Part shown: piece after piece, positions 26,112 through 38,300 of the stretch
Position numbering within the stretch: position 1 is the first letter of the stretch
How the letters are laid out: each line of letters starts with the position of its first letter
Origin: Nemertoderma westbladi
Taxonomy: Eukaryota > Animalia > Xenacoelomorpha
Assembly: GCA_032718475.1 (NCBI GenBank)
Contig: JAUCBJ010007134.1
Location: 4,242 to 68,241 of the forward strand
Direction: 5' to 3'
Length of the DNA: 64,000 nucleotides
The notes under the pieces: model-generated
What the model saw: only the letters and a program-made list of their open reading frames with translations
Database searches by the model: none
What the model was told of the DNA's origin: nothing
Made by a program: the position numbers and the translations under genes

Positions 26112-26968
26112 AGACTATGCCTCACCGAGGCATAGACTATGACTCACTGAGGCATAGACTATGCCTCATTGAGGCACTGAGGCATAGACTATGCCTCACT
26201 GAGGCACTGAGGCATAGACTATGCCTCACTGAGGCATAGACTATGCCTCACTGAGGCATAGACTAGGCCTCACTGAGGCATAGACTAGGTCTCACTGAGG
26301 CACTGAGGCATAGACTATGACTCACTGAGGCATAGACTATGACTCACTGAGGCATAGACTATGCCTCATTGAGGCACTGAGGCATAGACTATGCCTCACT
26401 GAGGCACTGAGGCATAGACTATGCCTCACTGAGGCATAGACTATGCCTCACTGAGGCATAGACTAGGCCTCACTGAGGCATAGACTAGGTCTCACTGAGG
26501 CACTGAGGCATAGACTATGACTCACTGAGGCAAAGACTATGACTCACTGAGGCATAGACTATGCCTCACTGAGGCATAGACTATGCCTCACTGCCTCACT
26601 GAGGCACTGAGGCATAGACTATGACTCACTGAGGCATAGACTATGCCTCACTGAGGCATAGACTAGGCCTCACTGAGGCATTGAGGCATAGACTATGACT
26701 CACTGAGGCATAGTCTATGCCTCACTCAGTGCCTCACTGAGGCAGTGAGGGATAGACTCTGCCTCACTGAGGCATAGACTAGACCTCACTGAGGCATAGA
26801 CTATGCCTCACTGAGGCACTGAGGCATAGACTATGACTCACTGAGGCATAGACTATGCCTCACTGAGGCACTGAGGCATAGACTATGACTCATTGAGGCA
26901 TAGACTATGCCTCACTAAGGCACTGAGGCATAGACTATGCCTCAGTGAGGCATAGTCTATGCCTCACT
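26112..26968. repeat. palindromic 22-bp minisatellite (GAGGCATAGACTATGCCTCACT)n with interspersed GAGGCACT sub-units
   Basis: The unit consists of overlapping palindromes GAGGCATAG-A-CTATGCCTC and CCTCA-C-TGAGG. Confidence 0.95.
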
Positions 26969-27686
26969 TCAATATACGAACACAAAAAAGTTTACAAGCA
27001 CAGGTTCAAATCCAACTAAAGCTCTATATATTTTGCATTGAAGTGGAATACTTTAGATGCTGGGGGGAATCTGGTTTGCGAGGGATATTTGAATGGTGAG
27101 TATAACTATCCTTGAGAGTTAGTGTGACGTTATCTCACCATGGATGGGCGGGCACTTTACCCCGGTACTCGCATCTGCTCTCTCATTGGCTGTTTAACTT
27201 TCCTCCCTCGAGTCCTGATTGGCTGCCTAACTCACCCTCGCACTCTGATTGGATAATCCATTCTAGCCTCCCTCTGGTTTCATTTCAATTGTTATACCGG
27301 TATATGAAAATTTATATTTAAAGGTAATATACTTAATGTAAATTTATGGATGCAAATTTTGCATTGGTCTGGGTCTCTGCGATCGCATTTTTTATTTAAA
27401 CAAATATTGACATATAAAGTTGAAGTATACATATTTGTTTGAATCGATTTATAACAATTCCTGATTGTAAGTAGGTTAAATTTAGCCTAACTAATAATTC
27501 AACTTTTGTAATATCCCACGCCAAGCTGGTGATACTACTGTAAAATAACTAACTATCTGAGAATTGACCTAAACTTAATGGTTTGTGCCGCCCAACAACA
27601 AAAATACTCCTATTTCATTTAGCAACTAAAGTGAGGGTAGAAGTAGAACCAGATTGTTCTTATATTATTCTTATTTTTTGTCTTAG

Positions 27687-27858
27687 ATTGTACCACCTTT
27701 GGTACCAATGGGTCCCGTTCTTCTTTTGGCTAACTGCCTGCGGATTCTACTTACCTTACGTCATTCATAAAGGCGTTTTGAGTGAAACCAAAAAAGTTTG
27801 TGATCTGGTGTACGGAGTAATTGAAGATGAAGGCACTCAGGAGAAGACTCTAAATAAG
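27687..27858 (+). CDS. innexin (gap junction) internal exon, TM2 region
   Basis: Polypyrimidine-TTAG acceptor and AAG/GTGAGT donor. Translates LYHLWYQWVPFFFWLTACGFYLPYVIHKG...TLNK, containing the innexin (Y/W)YQWVP signature and the FYxP after TM2. Confidence 0.8.
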
Positions 27859-28700
27859 GTGAGTGCGGATAACGCCGCTAGGGTGAGCATCAACTAGCCT
27901 GCACGTCGCTTAGCAACTTATGCTTGTCATTTAAACTTACCAAAATTGCCAAATACCGGACAGGTATTATTCAAGTTGCACTTCCTTCCGTATTTTAACC
28001 TGAAAATTTTACTTGAGACAATTCGACTAATTCAAGTTCTCAATTAGTTATTAGTTTCGGTATTCTTGCAGTTGGAAACCCAACCCTTTCCTAAACTACA
28101 ATTTAGTTCCTATGATATAACATAACCCCCGGCTTTAGTAAGTTGAAAAACTTTCATTAATCAAGCATATCCATTAGAAATACAATAGGGACGTTGACGT
28201 TATAAATAATTCACAATAATTTGTATTATTCCGAATAACATATTACATAAAAGACATCACAATGTGATACTCATTTTACGGGGTAAACACTAATGATTAT
28301 AAAATCATCAGTGTGATTCATCATAATGATTATAAAATCTCGTTTAGTAGACCTATTTGATTTTGCTGAACATTTCTGAGAGCCTTCACATAATGAATTT
28401 TTGAATTTCTGATTTTTCACATAATACATATTGTTTATACATAAAAATACCTGTTTCTAATAATAATAATAATACAGACAAATGATATATGAAACGGATG
28501 GATATATAACTCTCAGCAAACTAAATAAAAAATAACAACAAACTTGTACAACTATAGCCGGACAATAACTAATAATATGAACTATGTAGCAAAAAGCGAA
28601 ACCTCAAATACAAAACTATTTCAATCCAAATAAACACTTGTAAGATAAATAACTGTCACTAAGAACAGTATACATAGGTTTATTGATACGACAGCTCCAT

Positions 28701-29366
28701 TCAATAAACCGAAGATGCGATGGCTGCCAGCGCGATACTCAGATACAAAGAAGCGACATTCCCTTTCGCTCCATCGAACGCTGGGTTGTTCCAATCAATC
28801 TTACCATCCGCACCTCTAACATCAACATCCCACTTGACAGCTCCGCAACTCGCATGGTCCGTTCCTTGGCAGCATTGAACTTGGCATTCTTGATAAACGT
28901 TTCCAAAAACATCTTCATGGTTAATGCCGGTGAGCTGTTTGTACTGGAGTGATGCTTCCTCAAGTTCGCCGCATTCCTGCTTATCTTTCGCAACACATGT
29001 AATGCCTTCCTTGGCACAGATGTCAGCATGTGACTCTATAAGAAGTCGAGCCCCACCTTCATATTCTTCATCCAACACTGAATGTTCAATATCCCATCCC
29101 GGTAACGGCATTTCTGTGAAAGCTTTGAGTAGTTTAGTCGATCCCAACACGATTTGATCTATTACCATACAGGAATCGCAATCCGTCTCCTGAACAGTGG
29201 AATCCACGTCGAGAGAATTCAGGTTTGATACAATGTTAAGGACTTCCACATTCTTGCTGTTCGTTTCCACAGTTGTGGACAAACCAACTTTGCAGGAAAC
29301 AGCGTTCGAAACGTAGATAAAAGTTGGACTGAAAAATAGAACCAGGAAAAATCCAACACTGGCCAT
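28701..29366 (-). CDS. intronless secreted Cys-rich, probably GPI-anchored protein (Ly6/uPAR three-finger-like), 221 aa
   Basis: N-terminal signal peptide, 10 Cys including CxxC and a terminal CQVQCCQG..SC, and a hydrophobic C-terminal tail without a cytoplasmic domain. The fold assignment is inference. Confidence 0.7.
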   Translation of the reverse strand: MASVGFFLVLFFSPTFIYVSNAVSCKVGLSTTVETNSKNVEVLNIVSNLNSLDVDSTVQETDCDSCMVIDQIVLGSTKLLKAFTEMPLPGWDIEHSVLDEEYEGGARLLIESHADICAKEGITCVAKDKQECGELEEASLQYKQLTGINHEDVFGNVYQECQVQCCQGTDHASCGAVKWDVDVRGADGKIDWNNPAFDGAKGNVASLYLSIALAAIASSVY

Positions 29367-32300
29367 TGTCTCCTAAATATTAATAAAATGAATCTTGAAT
29401 TATGCAAAAATGTAAATCAAAGTTGTTATGCAAAAATGTAAATCAAAGTTGTTATGATAAAATGTATATAAATGTACATACAATGAGTTGAATTATATTA
29501 CACTATCATGAGTGTGCATTAAAAATATTTTTACTTTCTAATATACAGAAAAAAGTTCATTATTATGTAGTACATAATATATAAACTTAAATATATATTT
29601 AAAGAGACCTGCGTAACATACAACCCAATCTATGAAATCATTGAGCGACCAAAAGATGGTCTGTACAACGATATAAAATAAATTGACGTTATTGCAAATT
29701 TGTCAACAAAATCATTTTTCAAAAATTATGGCCTACTTCATTCACTTGGGCCATAATGTTGCAATAATGTCAGTGGACGTTGAGCTTAAAACCAAGTTGT
29801 TTGTTGCAAGTATGTGTGTATACACTGTCCTGGAATGTATTTATCCATGTACAGTATCTATGGCCCACTAATTTTTCTACAAATCTTGATGAAATAGCAA
29901 GAAAATTGGAACATATATAGTTTCTTATCCATACCGGTACTCCATCCTAATTCCTGGGTGAGCCAGAATGTTTATTTTTTTTTCAATATTTCGCTACAAG
30001 CCTTTGAAAAAGGTGCCTCCGCCGATATTGAACCAATCACACCGCAGTTATTCTTTCAACTTTATAGTGATTTGTTGGTACTGATTAAAAGCTGGCCATG
30101 CAAGGATTCCAATGCATGGTTTTGTATTGTGCTCGAGGCTATATTATTATTTTTAATAAATACACTATCTGGAACATTTTGTTTAGCTCATAAGTAGTAA
30201 CAGTGCAAGTGCAATACTTCTATAATAATACTAGTACATTGTTTATAGTTATTCATACATAAAGAAATTCGCCCATGTGAAGAATACCTAATACTCGTGC
30301 AGATCCAACACCGTGCAACTTTCGAACGCCCATATCTGAGCTACATAATTGGAATCCTTGCATGGGCAGCTTTTCATCATCATCAGTACAAGGAAATTAC
30401 TATAAGGTTGATGATTGTTGTTACACAGTACATGCGGGCCTATCTTTAGGTTAATCCAAGTTAATACCAACTTAAAAAATATTAAATATCAACACTAAGT
30501 AAGTGAAGAAATTGATGTATGGTTCATGATATAACGAACGCCGTCGATGTGCAGAAGTGCAAACTGCGCTGGCCACACCCATTTTCCAAGGAAATATGGC
30601 CTTCTTGGATCACATTTTAGTGTAGTTGCCAATCTAAACAATGCATTTTGTTTCGCTTTCATTTTGGCAACGGTTTCTGACGCATTCGACTGCCAATAAA
30701 TCCTTAATAAGGAAACTAATAATGTAATAATGTAATGTTTCAGTTTGCAATTACTTCTTTTTTCATTACAATTTCGCCAGAATTCGGTTTGGCTCTCGCA
30801 GACTGCAGTCTAATTCAGGCAGGTGATGATGGCAGTATTGCCATAGCCCGCAGAAGGATTTATGTCGGCCATACACGAAATGCATGCATCCCAAGAGGAA
30901 TATGTGAGGTGCCTTTTTTTGTCAATTTTATTGAATTGGAGGAACTAAACAAAGGCATTGTCGAACAAATACAAAATGTGAATGAGCGTGAGGCTCACGC
31001 TCAGCACAATAATCCGTGATGACATACAGCACAAGGATTGTAAGGAAGGATTCGCTAACGTTTACCATTATATAAAATAGGGCTTTCACGGCTGTATATA
31101 AAAATCAATTGTTACGTATATACTTAAAATGGAGTACATTAAAAAAAGATCAGTTAAAATGGTAAGTAAATGACTAACACAAATTATAGCTAAGAGAATA
31201 TATGAAACGGCTAGTTCAAAAAGGGCCTATCTGCAAAAAATCAATTGTTCAGGAAACGAAAAAATTCTTTATTTTCATAAAAATCAATCCTTTGAGTGTA
31301 AATCTCTCAAAATGAAAATGTAGACTAAAACTACTATTTACATCGACAATTCCGACAAAACTTCATCATTACGATGTGTACGGTCTGGCATTCAAGGCGA
31401 AAAAAAATGTTCGAAAAATGTTCGAAAAAATTACCGTGCAGCCGTGCTGTGTAAATAACTCAGTAACTCGCCACATAACCAACCGATCTGCTAACTCTTC
31501 TGGATGGCGTATCAACGAACAGCAGAATCTGACCAATTTCTGATTTTCTCCGAAACCATCGATCGTGAACTTGTCATTGTCAGTCAGAACTGCCGGCTAT
31601 TAGCTGCAACATGGACCTCAATTTCGGAAATATGGGCGATTTTTGTTACAACGCCACAATTGTTACCAATGGACAATATTAATTGTAACGCGGTTCGTTG
31701 GTATGACGAAATTCCAGGGCCGAATAATTCGGGAACGTTTACCATCACAATGTCTAAATTGTTTTGGTTGTTCTAGAGAGTTTAAGTGGATAACTGCAAA
31801 TAATTCCTTACAAATAAATAATATTAGATTCGCCATTGTTCATAATTAGCACATTAAAGCTTTTACGGCCCACGTTTTTTTATCGTGTCACTCGTGCCGT
31901 AGGCCTAACGCTATAATGTGCTATTTTATGAACAATGACAAATATACTGTAGTTAATATTATTTGATAATGCAAGTAACAATTTAAGAGCAAGAGCATCT
32001 TTAACTTCTTACACTGGTATTCTACCAACTCAGCAACATATAATATAAATCATTTTACAGTATTAATGAATGTTAAAGGATTTATTATCATGAATAAAAT
32101 ACATACTGATACCGGTTCTTAAATCAATAAGTCATAATATTGTTTAGTGTGATACTGTACGTGTAATACTTTTTTGCTGATTTTGGCCCATTTTAATACT
32201 TTAGAGTTGATTCTTTGCAGCAACCTAAAAGTACCTCCTACTAAACTATAGGTTGTGTTTACGAGGATATCTGACTGTTTTAACCTTCTCCCATATTATA

Positions 32301-32389
32301 TTGTTTTTAATCATTAGAGATGATGCTTTGACAGGAAGGCCTACTGTATCTGTGGGGAACGGCGCAGAGTGGAGAGAGGGAGAGGGAGA

Positions 32390-35300
32390 CTGCATCTGTT
32401 CCGTCGGATCTTACTAAGTGAGAGTGCTACCTGTTCCGTCGGATCTTACTAAGTGAGAGTGCTACCTGTCCCGTCGGATCTTACTAAGTGAGAGTGCTAC
32501 CTGTTCCGTCGGCTCTTACTAAGTGAGAGTGCATCTGTTCCGTCGGATCTTACTAAGTGAGAGTGCTACCTGTTCCGTCGGATCTTACCAAGTGAGAGTG
32601 CATCTGTTCCGTCGGATCTTACTAAGTGAGAGTGCATCTGTTCCGTCGGATCTTACCAAGTGAGAGTGCTACCTGTTCCGTCGGATCTTACCAAGTGAGA
32701 GTGCATCTGTTCCGTCGGATCTTACCAAGTGAGAGTGCTACCTGTTCCGTCGGATCTTACCAAGTGAGAGTGCTACCTGTTCCGTCGGATCTTACCAAGT
32801 GAGAGTGCATCTGTTCCGTCGGATCTTACCAAGTGAGAGTGCTACCTGTTCCGTTGGATCTTACCAAGTGAGAGTGCATCTGTTCCGTCGGATCTTACTA
32901 AGTGAGAGTGCTACCTGTCCCGTCGGATCTTACTAAGTGAGAGTGCATCTGTTCCGTCGGATCTTACTAAGTGAGAGTGCTACCTGTTCCGTCGGATCTT
33001 ACCAAGTGAGAGTGCTACCTGTTCCGTCGGATCTTACTAAGTGAGAGTGCTACCTGTTCCGTCGGATCTTACTAAGTGAGAGTGCTACCTGTCCCGTCGG
33101 ATCTTACTAAGTGAGAGTGCTACCTGTTCCGTCGGATCTTACTAAGTGAGAGTGCATCTGTTCCGTCGGATCTTACTAAGTGAGAGTGCTACCTGTTCCG
33201 TCGGATCTTACTAAGTGAGAGTGCTACCTGTTCCGTCGGATCTTACTAAGTGAGAGTGCTACCTGTTCCGTCGGATCTTACTAAGTGAGAGTGCATCTGT
33301 TCCGTCGGATCTTACCAAGTGAGAGTGCTACCTGTTCCGTCGGATCTTACCAAGTGAGAGTGCATCTGTTCCGTCGGATCTTACCAAGTGAGAGTGCTAC
33401 CTGTTCCGTCGGATCTTACCAAGTGAGAGTGCTACCTGTTCCGTCGGATCTTACTAAGTGAGAGTGCTACCTGTTCCGTCGGATCTTACTAAGTGAGAGT
33501 GCATCTGTTCCGTCGGATCTTACTAAGTGAGAGTGCTACCTGTCCCGTCGGATCTTACTAAGTGAGAGTGCTACCTGTTCCGTCGGATCTTACTAAGTGA
33601 GAGTGCTACCTGTTCCGTCGGATCTTACTAAGTGAGAGTGCATCTGTTCCGTCGGATCTTACCAAGTGAGAGTGCTACCTGTTCCGTCGGATCTTACCAA
33701 GTGAGAGTGCTACCTGTTCCGTCGGATCTTACCAAGTGAGAGTGCTACCTGTCCCGTCGGATCTTACTAAGTGAGAGTGCTACCTGTTCCGTCGGCTCTT
33801 ACTAAGTGAGAGTGCATCTGTTCCGTCGGATCTTACTAAGTGAGAGTGCTACCTGTTCCGTCGGCTCTTACTAAGTGAGAGTGCATCTGTTCCGTCGGAT
33901 CTTACTAAGTGAGAGTGCTACCTGTCCCGTCGGATCTTACTAAGTGAGAGTGCTACCTGTCCCGTCGGATCTTACTAAGTGAGAGTGCATCTGTTCCGTC
34001 GGATCTTACCAAGTGAGAGTGCTACCTGTTCCGTCGGATCTTACCAAGTGAGAGTGCTACCTGTTCCGTCGGATCTTACCAAGTGAGAGTGCTACCTGTC
34101 CCGTCGGATCTTACTAAGTGAGAGTGCTACCTGTTCCGTCGGATCTTACTAAGTGAGAGTGCATCTGTTCCGTCGGATCTTACCAAGTGAGAGTGCTACC
34201 TGTTCCGTCGGATCTTACCAAGTGAGAGTGCTACCTGTCCCGTCGGATCTTACCAAGTGAGAGTGCTACCTGTTCCGTCGGATCTTACTAAGTGAGAGTG
34301 CATCTGTTCCGTCGGATCTTACTAAGTGAGAGTGCTACCTGTTCCGTCGGATCTTACCAAGTGAGAGTGCTACCTGTTCCGTCGGATCTTACCAAGTGAG
34401 AGTGCTACCTGTCCCGTCGGATCTTACTAAGTGAGAGTGCTACCTGTTCCGTCGGATCTTACCAAGTGAGAGTGCTACCTGTCCCGTCGGATCTTACCAA
34501 GTGAGAGTGCTACCTGTCCCGTCGGATCTTACTAAGTGAGAGTGCATCTGTTCCGTCGGATCTTACTAAGTGAGAGTGCTACCTGTTCCGTCGGATCTTA
34601 CCAAGTGAGAGTGCTACCTGTTCCGTCGGATCTTACTAAGTGAGAGTGCTACCTGTTCCGTCGGATCTTACCAAGTGAGAGTGCTACCTGTTCCGTCGGA
34701 TCTTACTAAGTGAGAGTGCATCTGTTCCGTCGGATCTTACTAAGTGAGAGTGCTACCTGTTCCGTCGGATCTTACCAAGTGAGAGTGCTACCTGTTCCGT
34801 CGGATCTTACCAAGTGAGAGTGCTACCTGTCCCGTCGGATCTTACTAAGTGAGAGTGCTACCTGTTCCGTCGGATCTTACCAAGTGAGAGTGCTACCTGT
34901 TCCGTCGGATCTTACCAAGTGAGAGTGCTACCTGTTCCGTCGGATCTTACCAAGTGAGAGTGCTACCTGTCCCGTCGGATCTTACTAAGTGAGAGTGCTA
35001 CCTGTTCCGTCGGATCTTACTAAGTGAGAGTGCATCTGTTCCGTCGGATCTTACCAAGTGAGAGTGCTACCTGTCCCGTCGGATCTTACTAAGTGAGAGT
35101 GCTACCTGTTCCGTCGGATCTTACTAAGTGAGAGTGCATCTGTTCCGTCGGATCTTACCAAGTGAGAGTGCTACCTGTTCCGTCGGATCTTACCAAGTGA
35201 GAGTGCTACCTGTTCCGTCGGATCTTACCAAGTGAGAGTGCTACCTGTCCCGTCGGATCTTACTAAGTGAGAGTGCTACCTGTTCCGTCGGATCTTACCA

Positions 35301-38300
35301 AGTGAGAGTGCATCTGTTCCGTCGGATCTTACCAAGTGAGAGTGCATCTGTTCCGTCGGATCTTACTAAGTGAGAGTGCATCTGTTCCGTCGGATCTTAC
35401 TAAGTGAGAGTGCTACCTGTTCCGTCGGATCTTACCAAGTGAGAGTGCTACCTGTCCCGTCGGATCTTACTAAGTGAGAGTGCTACCTGTTCCGTCGGCT
35501 CTTACTAAGTGAGAGTGCATCTGTTCCGTCGGATCTTACTAAGTGAGAGTGCTACCTGTCCCGTCGGATCTTACTAAGTGAGAGTGCTACCTGTCCCGTC
35601 GGATCTTACTAAGTGAGAGTGCTACCTGTTCCGTCGGATCTTACTAAGTGAGAGTGCATCTGTTCCGTCGGATCTTACCAAGTGAGAGTGCTACCTGTTC
35701 CGTCGGATCTTACCAAGTGAGAGTGCTACCTGTCCCGTCGGATCTTACTAAGTGAGAGTGCTACCTGTCCCGTCGGATCTTACTAAGTGAGAGTGCTACC
35801 TGTCCCGTCGGATCTTACTAAGTGAGAGTGCTACCTGTTCCGTCGGATCTTACTAAGTGAGAGTGCATCTGTTCCGTCGGATCTTACCAAGTGAGAGTGC
35901 TACCTGTTCCGTCGGATCTTACCAAGTGAGAGTGCATCTGTTCCGTCGGATCTTACCAAGTGAGAGTGCTACCTGTTCCGTCGGATCTTACTAAGTGAGA
36001 GTGCTACCTGTTCCGTCGGCTCTTACTAAGTGAGAGTGCATCTGTTCCGTCGGATCTTACTAAGTGAGAGTGCTACCTGTTCCGTCGGATCTTACTAAGT
36101 GAGAGTGCATCTGTTCCGTCGGATCTTACTAAGTGAGAGTGCTACCTGTTCCGTCGGATCTTACTAAGTGAGAGTGCTACCTGTTCCGTCGGATCTTACT
36201 AAGTGAGAGTGCTACCTGTTCCGTCGGATCTTACTAAGTGAGAGTGCTACCTGTTCCGTCGGATCTTACTAAGTGAGAGTGCTACCTGTTCCGTCGGATC
36301 TTACTAAGTGAGAGTGCATCTGTTCCGTCGGATCTTACCAAGTGAGAGTGCATCTGTTCCGTCGAATCTTACTAAGTGAGAGTGCATCTGTTCCGTCGGA
36401 TCTTACTAAGTGAGAGTGCTACCTGTCCCGTCGGATCTTACTAAGTGAGAGTGCTACCTGTTCCGTCGGCTCTTACTAAGTGAGAGTGCATCTGTTCCGT
36501 CGGATCTTACTAAGTGAGAGTGCTACCTGTCCCGTCGGATCTTACTAAGTGAGAGTGCTACCTGTTCCGTCGGATCTTACTAAGTGAGAGTGCTACCTGT
36601 TCCGTCGGATCTTACTAAGTGAGAGTGCTACCTGTTCCGTCGGCTCTTACTAAGTGAGAGTGCATCTGTTCCGTCGGATCTTACCAAGTGAGAGTGCTAC
36701 CTGTCCCGTCGGATCTTACTAAGTGAGAGTGCTACCTGTCCCGTCGGATCTTACTAAGTGAGAGTGCTACCTGTTCCGTCGGCTCTTACTAAGTGAGAGT
36801 GCTACCTGTTCCGTCGGATCTTACTAAGTGAGAGTGCTACCTGTTCCGTCGGATCTTACTAAGTGAGAGTGCATCTGTTCCGTCGGATCTTACTAAGTGA
36901 GAGTGCTACCTGTCCCGTCGGATCTTACTAAGTGAGAGTGCTACCTGTTCCGTCGGATCTTACTAAGTGAGAGTGCTACCTGTTCCGTCGGATCTTACTA
37001 AGTGAGAGTGCTACCTGTTCCGTCGGATCTTACTAAGTGAGAGTGCTACCTGTTCCGTCGGCTCTTACTAAGTGAGAGTGCATCTGTTCCGTCGGATCTT
37101 ACCAAGTGAGAGTGCATCTGTTCCGTCGAATCTTACTAAGTGAGAGTGCATCTGTTCCGTCGGATCTTACTAAGTGAGAGTGCTACCTGTTCCGTCGGAT
37201 CTTACTAAGTGAGAGTGCTACCTGTTCCGTCGGATCTTACTAAGTGCGAGAGTGCTACCTGTTCCGTCGGATCTTACTAAGTGAGAGTGCTACCTGTTCC
37301 GTCGGATCTTACTAAGTGAGAGTGCATCTGTTCCGTCGGATCTTACCAAGTGAGAGTGTTACCTGTTCCGTCGGATCTTACTAAGTGAGAGTGCTACCTG
37401 TTCCGTCGGATCTTACCAAGTGAGAGTGTTACCTGTTCCGTCGGATCTTACTAAGTGAGAGTGCATCTGTTCCGTCGGATCTTACCAAGTGAGAGTGCTA
37501 CCTGTTCCGTCGGATCTTACTAAGTGAGAGTGCTACCTGTTCCGTCGGATCTTACTAAGTGAGAGTGCTACCTGTTCCGTCGGATCTTACTAAGTGAGAG
37601 TGCATCTGTTCCGTCGGATCTTACCAAGTGAGAGTGTTACCTGTTCCGTCGGATCTTACTAAGTGAGAGTGCTACCTGTTCCGTCGGATCTTACTAAGTG
37701 AGAGTGCTACCTGTTCCGTCGGATCTTACTAAGTGAGAGTGCATCTGTTCCGTCGGATCTTACCAAGTGAGAGTGTTACCTGTTCCGTCGGATCTTACTA
37801 AGTGAGAGTGCTACCTGTTCCGTCGGATCTTACTAAGTGAGAGTGCTACCTGTTCCGACGGATCTTACCAAGTGAGAGTGCTACCTGTTCCGTCGGATCT
37901 TACTAAGTGAGAGTGCTACCTGTTCCGTCGGATCTTACTAAGTGAGAGTGCATCTGTTCCGTCGGATCTTACCAAGTGAGAGTGTTACCTGTTCCGTCGG
38001 ATCTTACTAAGTGAGAGTGCATCTGTTCCGTCGGATCTTACTAAGTGAGAGTGCATCTGTTCCGTCGGATCTTACCAAGTGAGAGTGTTACCTGTTCCGT
38101 CGGATCTTACTAAGTGAGAGTGCTACCTGTTCCGTCGGCTCTTACTAAGTGAGAGTGCATCTGTTCCGTCGGATCTTACCAAGTGAGAGTGCATCTGTTC
38201 CGTCGAATCTTATTAAGTGAGAGTGCATCTGTTCCGTCGGATCTTACTAAGTGAGAGTGCTACCTGTTCCGTCGGATCTTACTAAGTGAGAGTGCTACCT

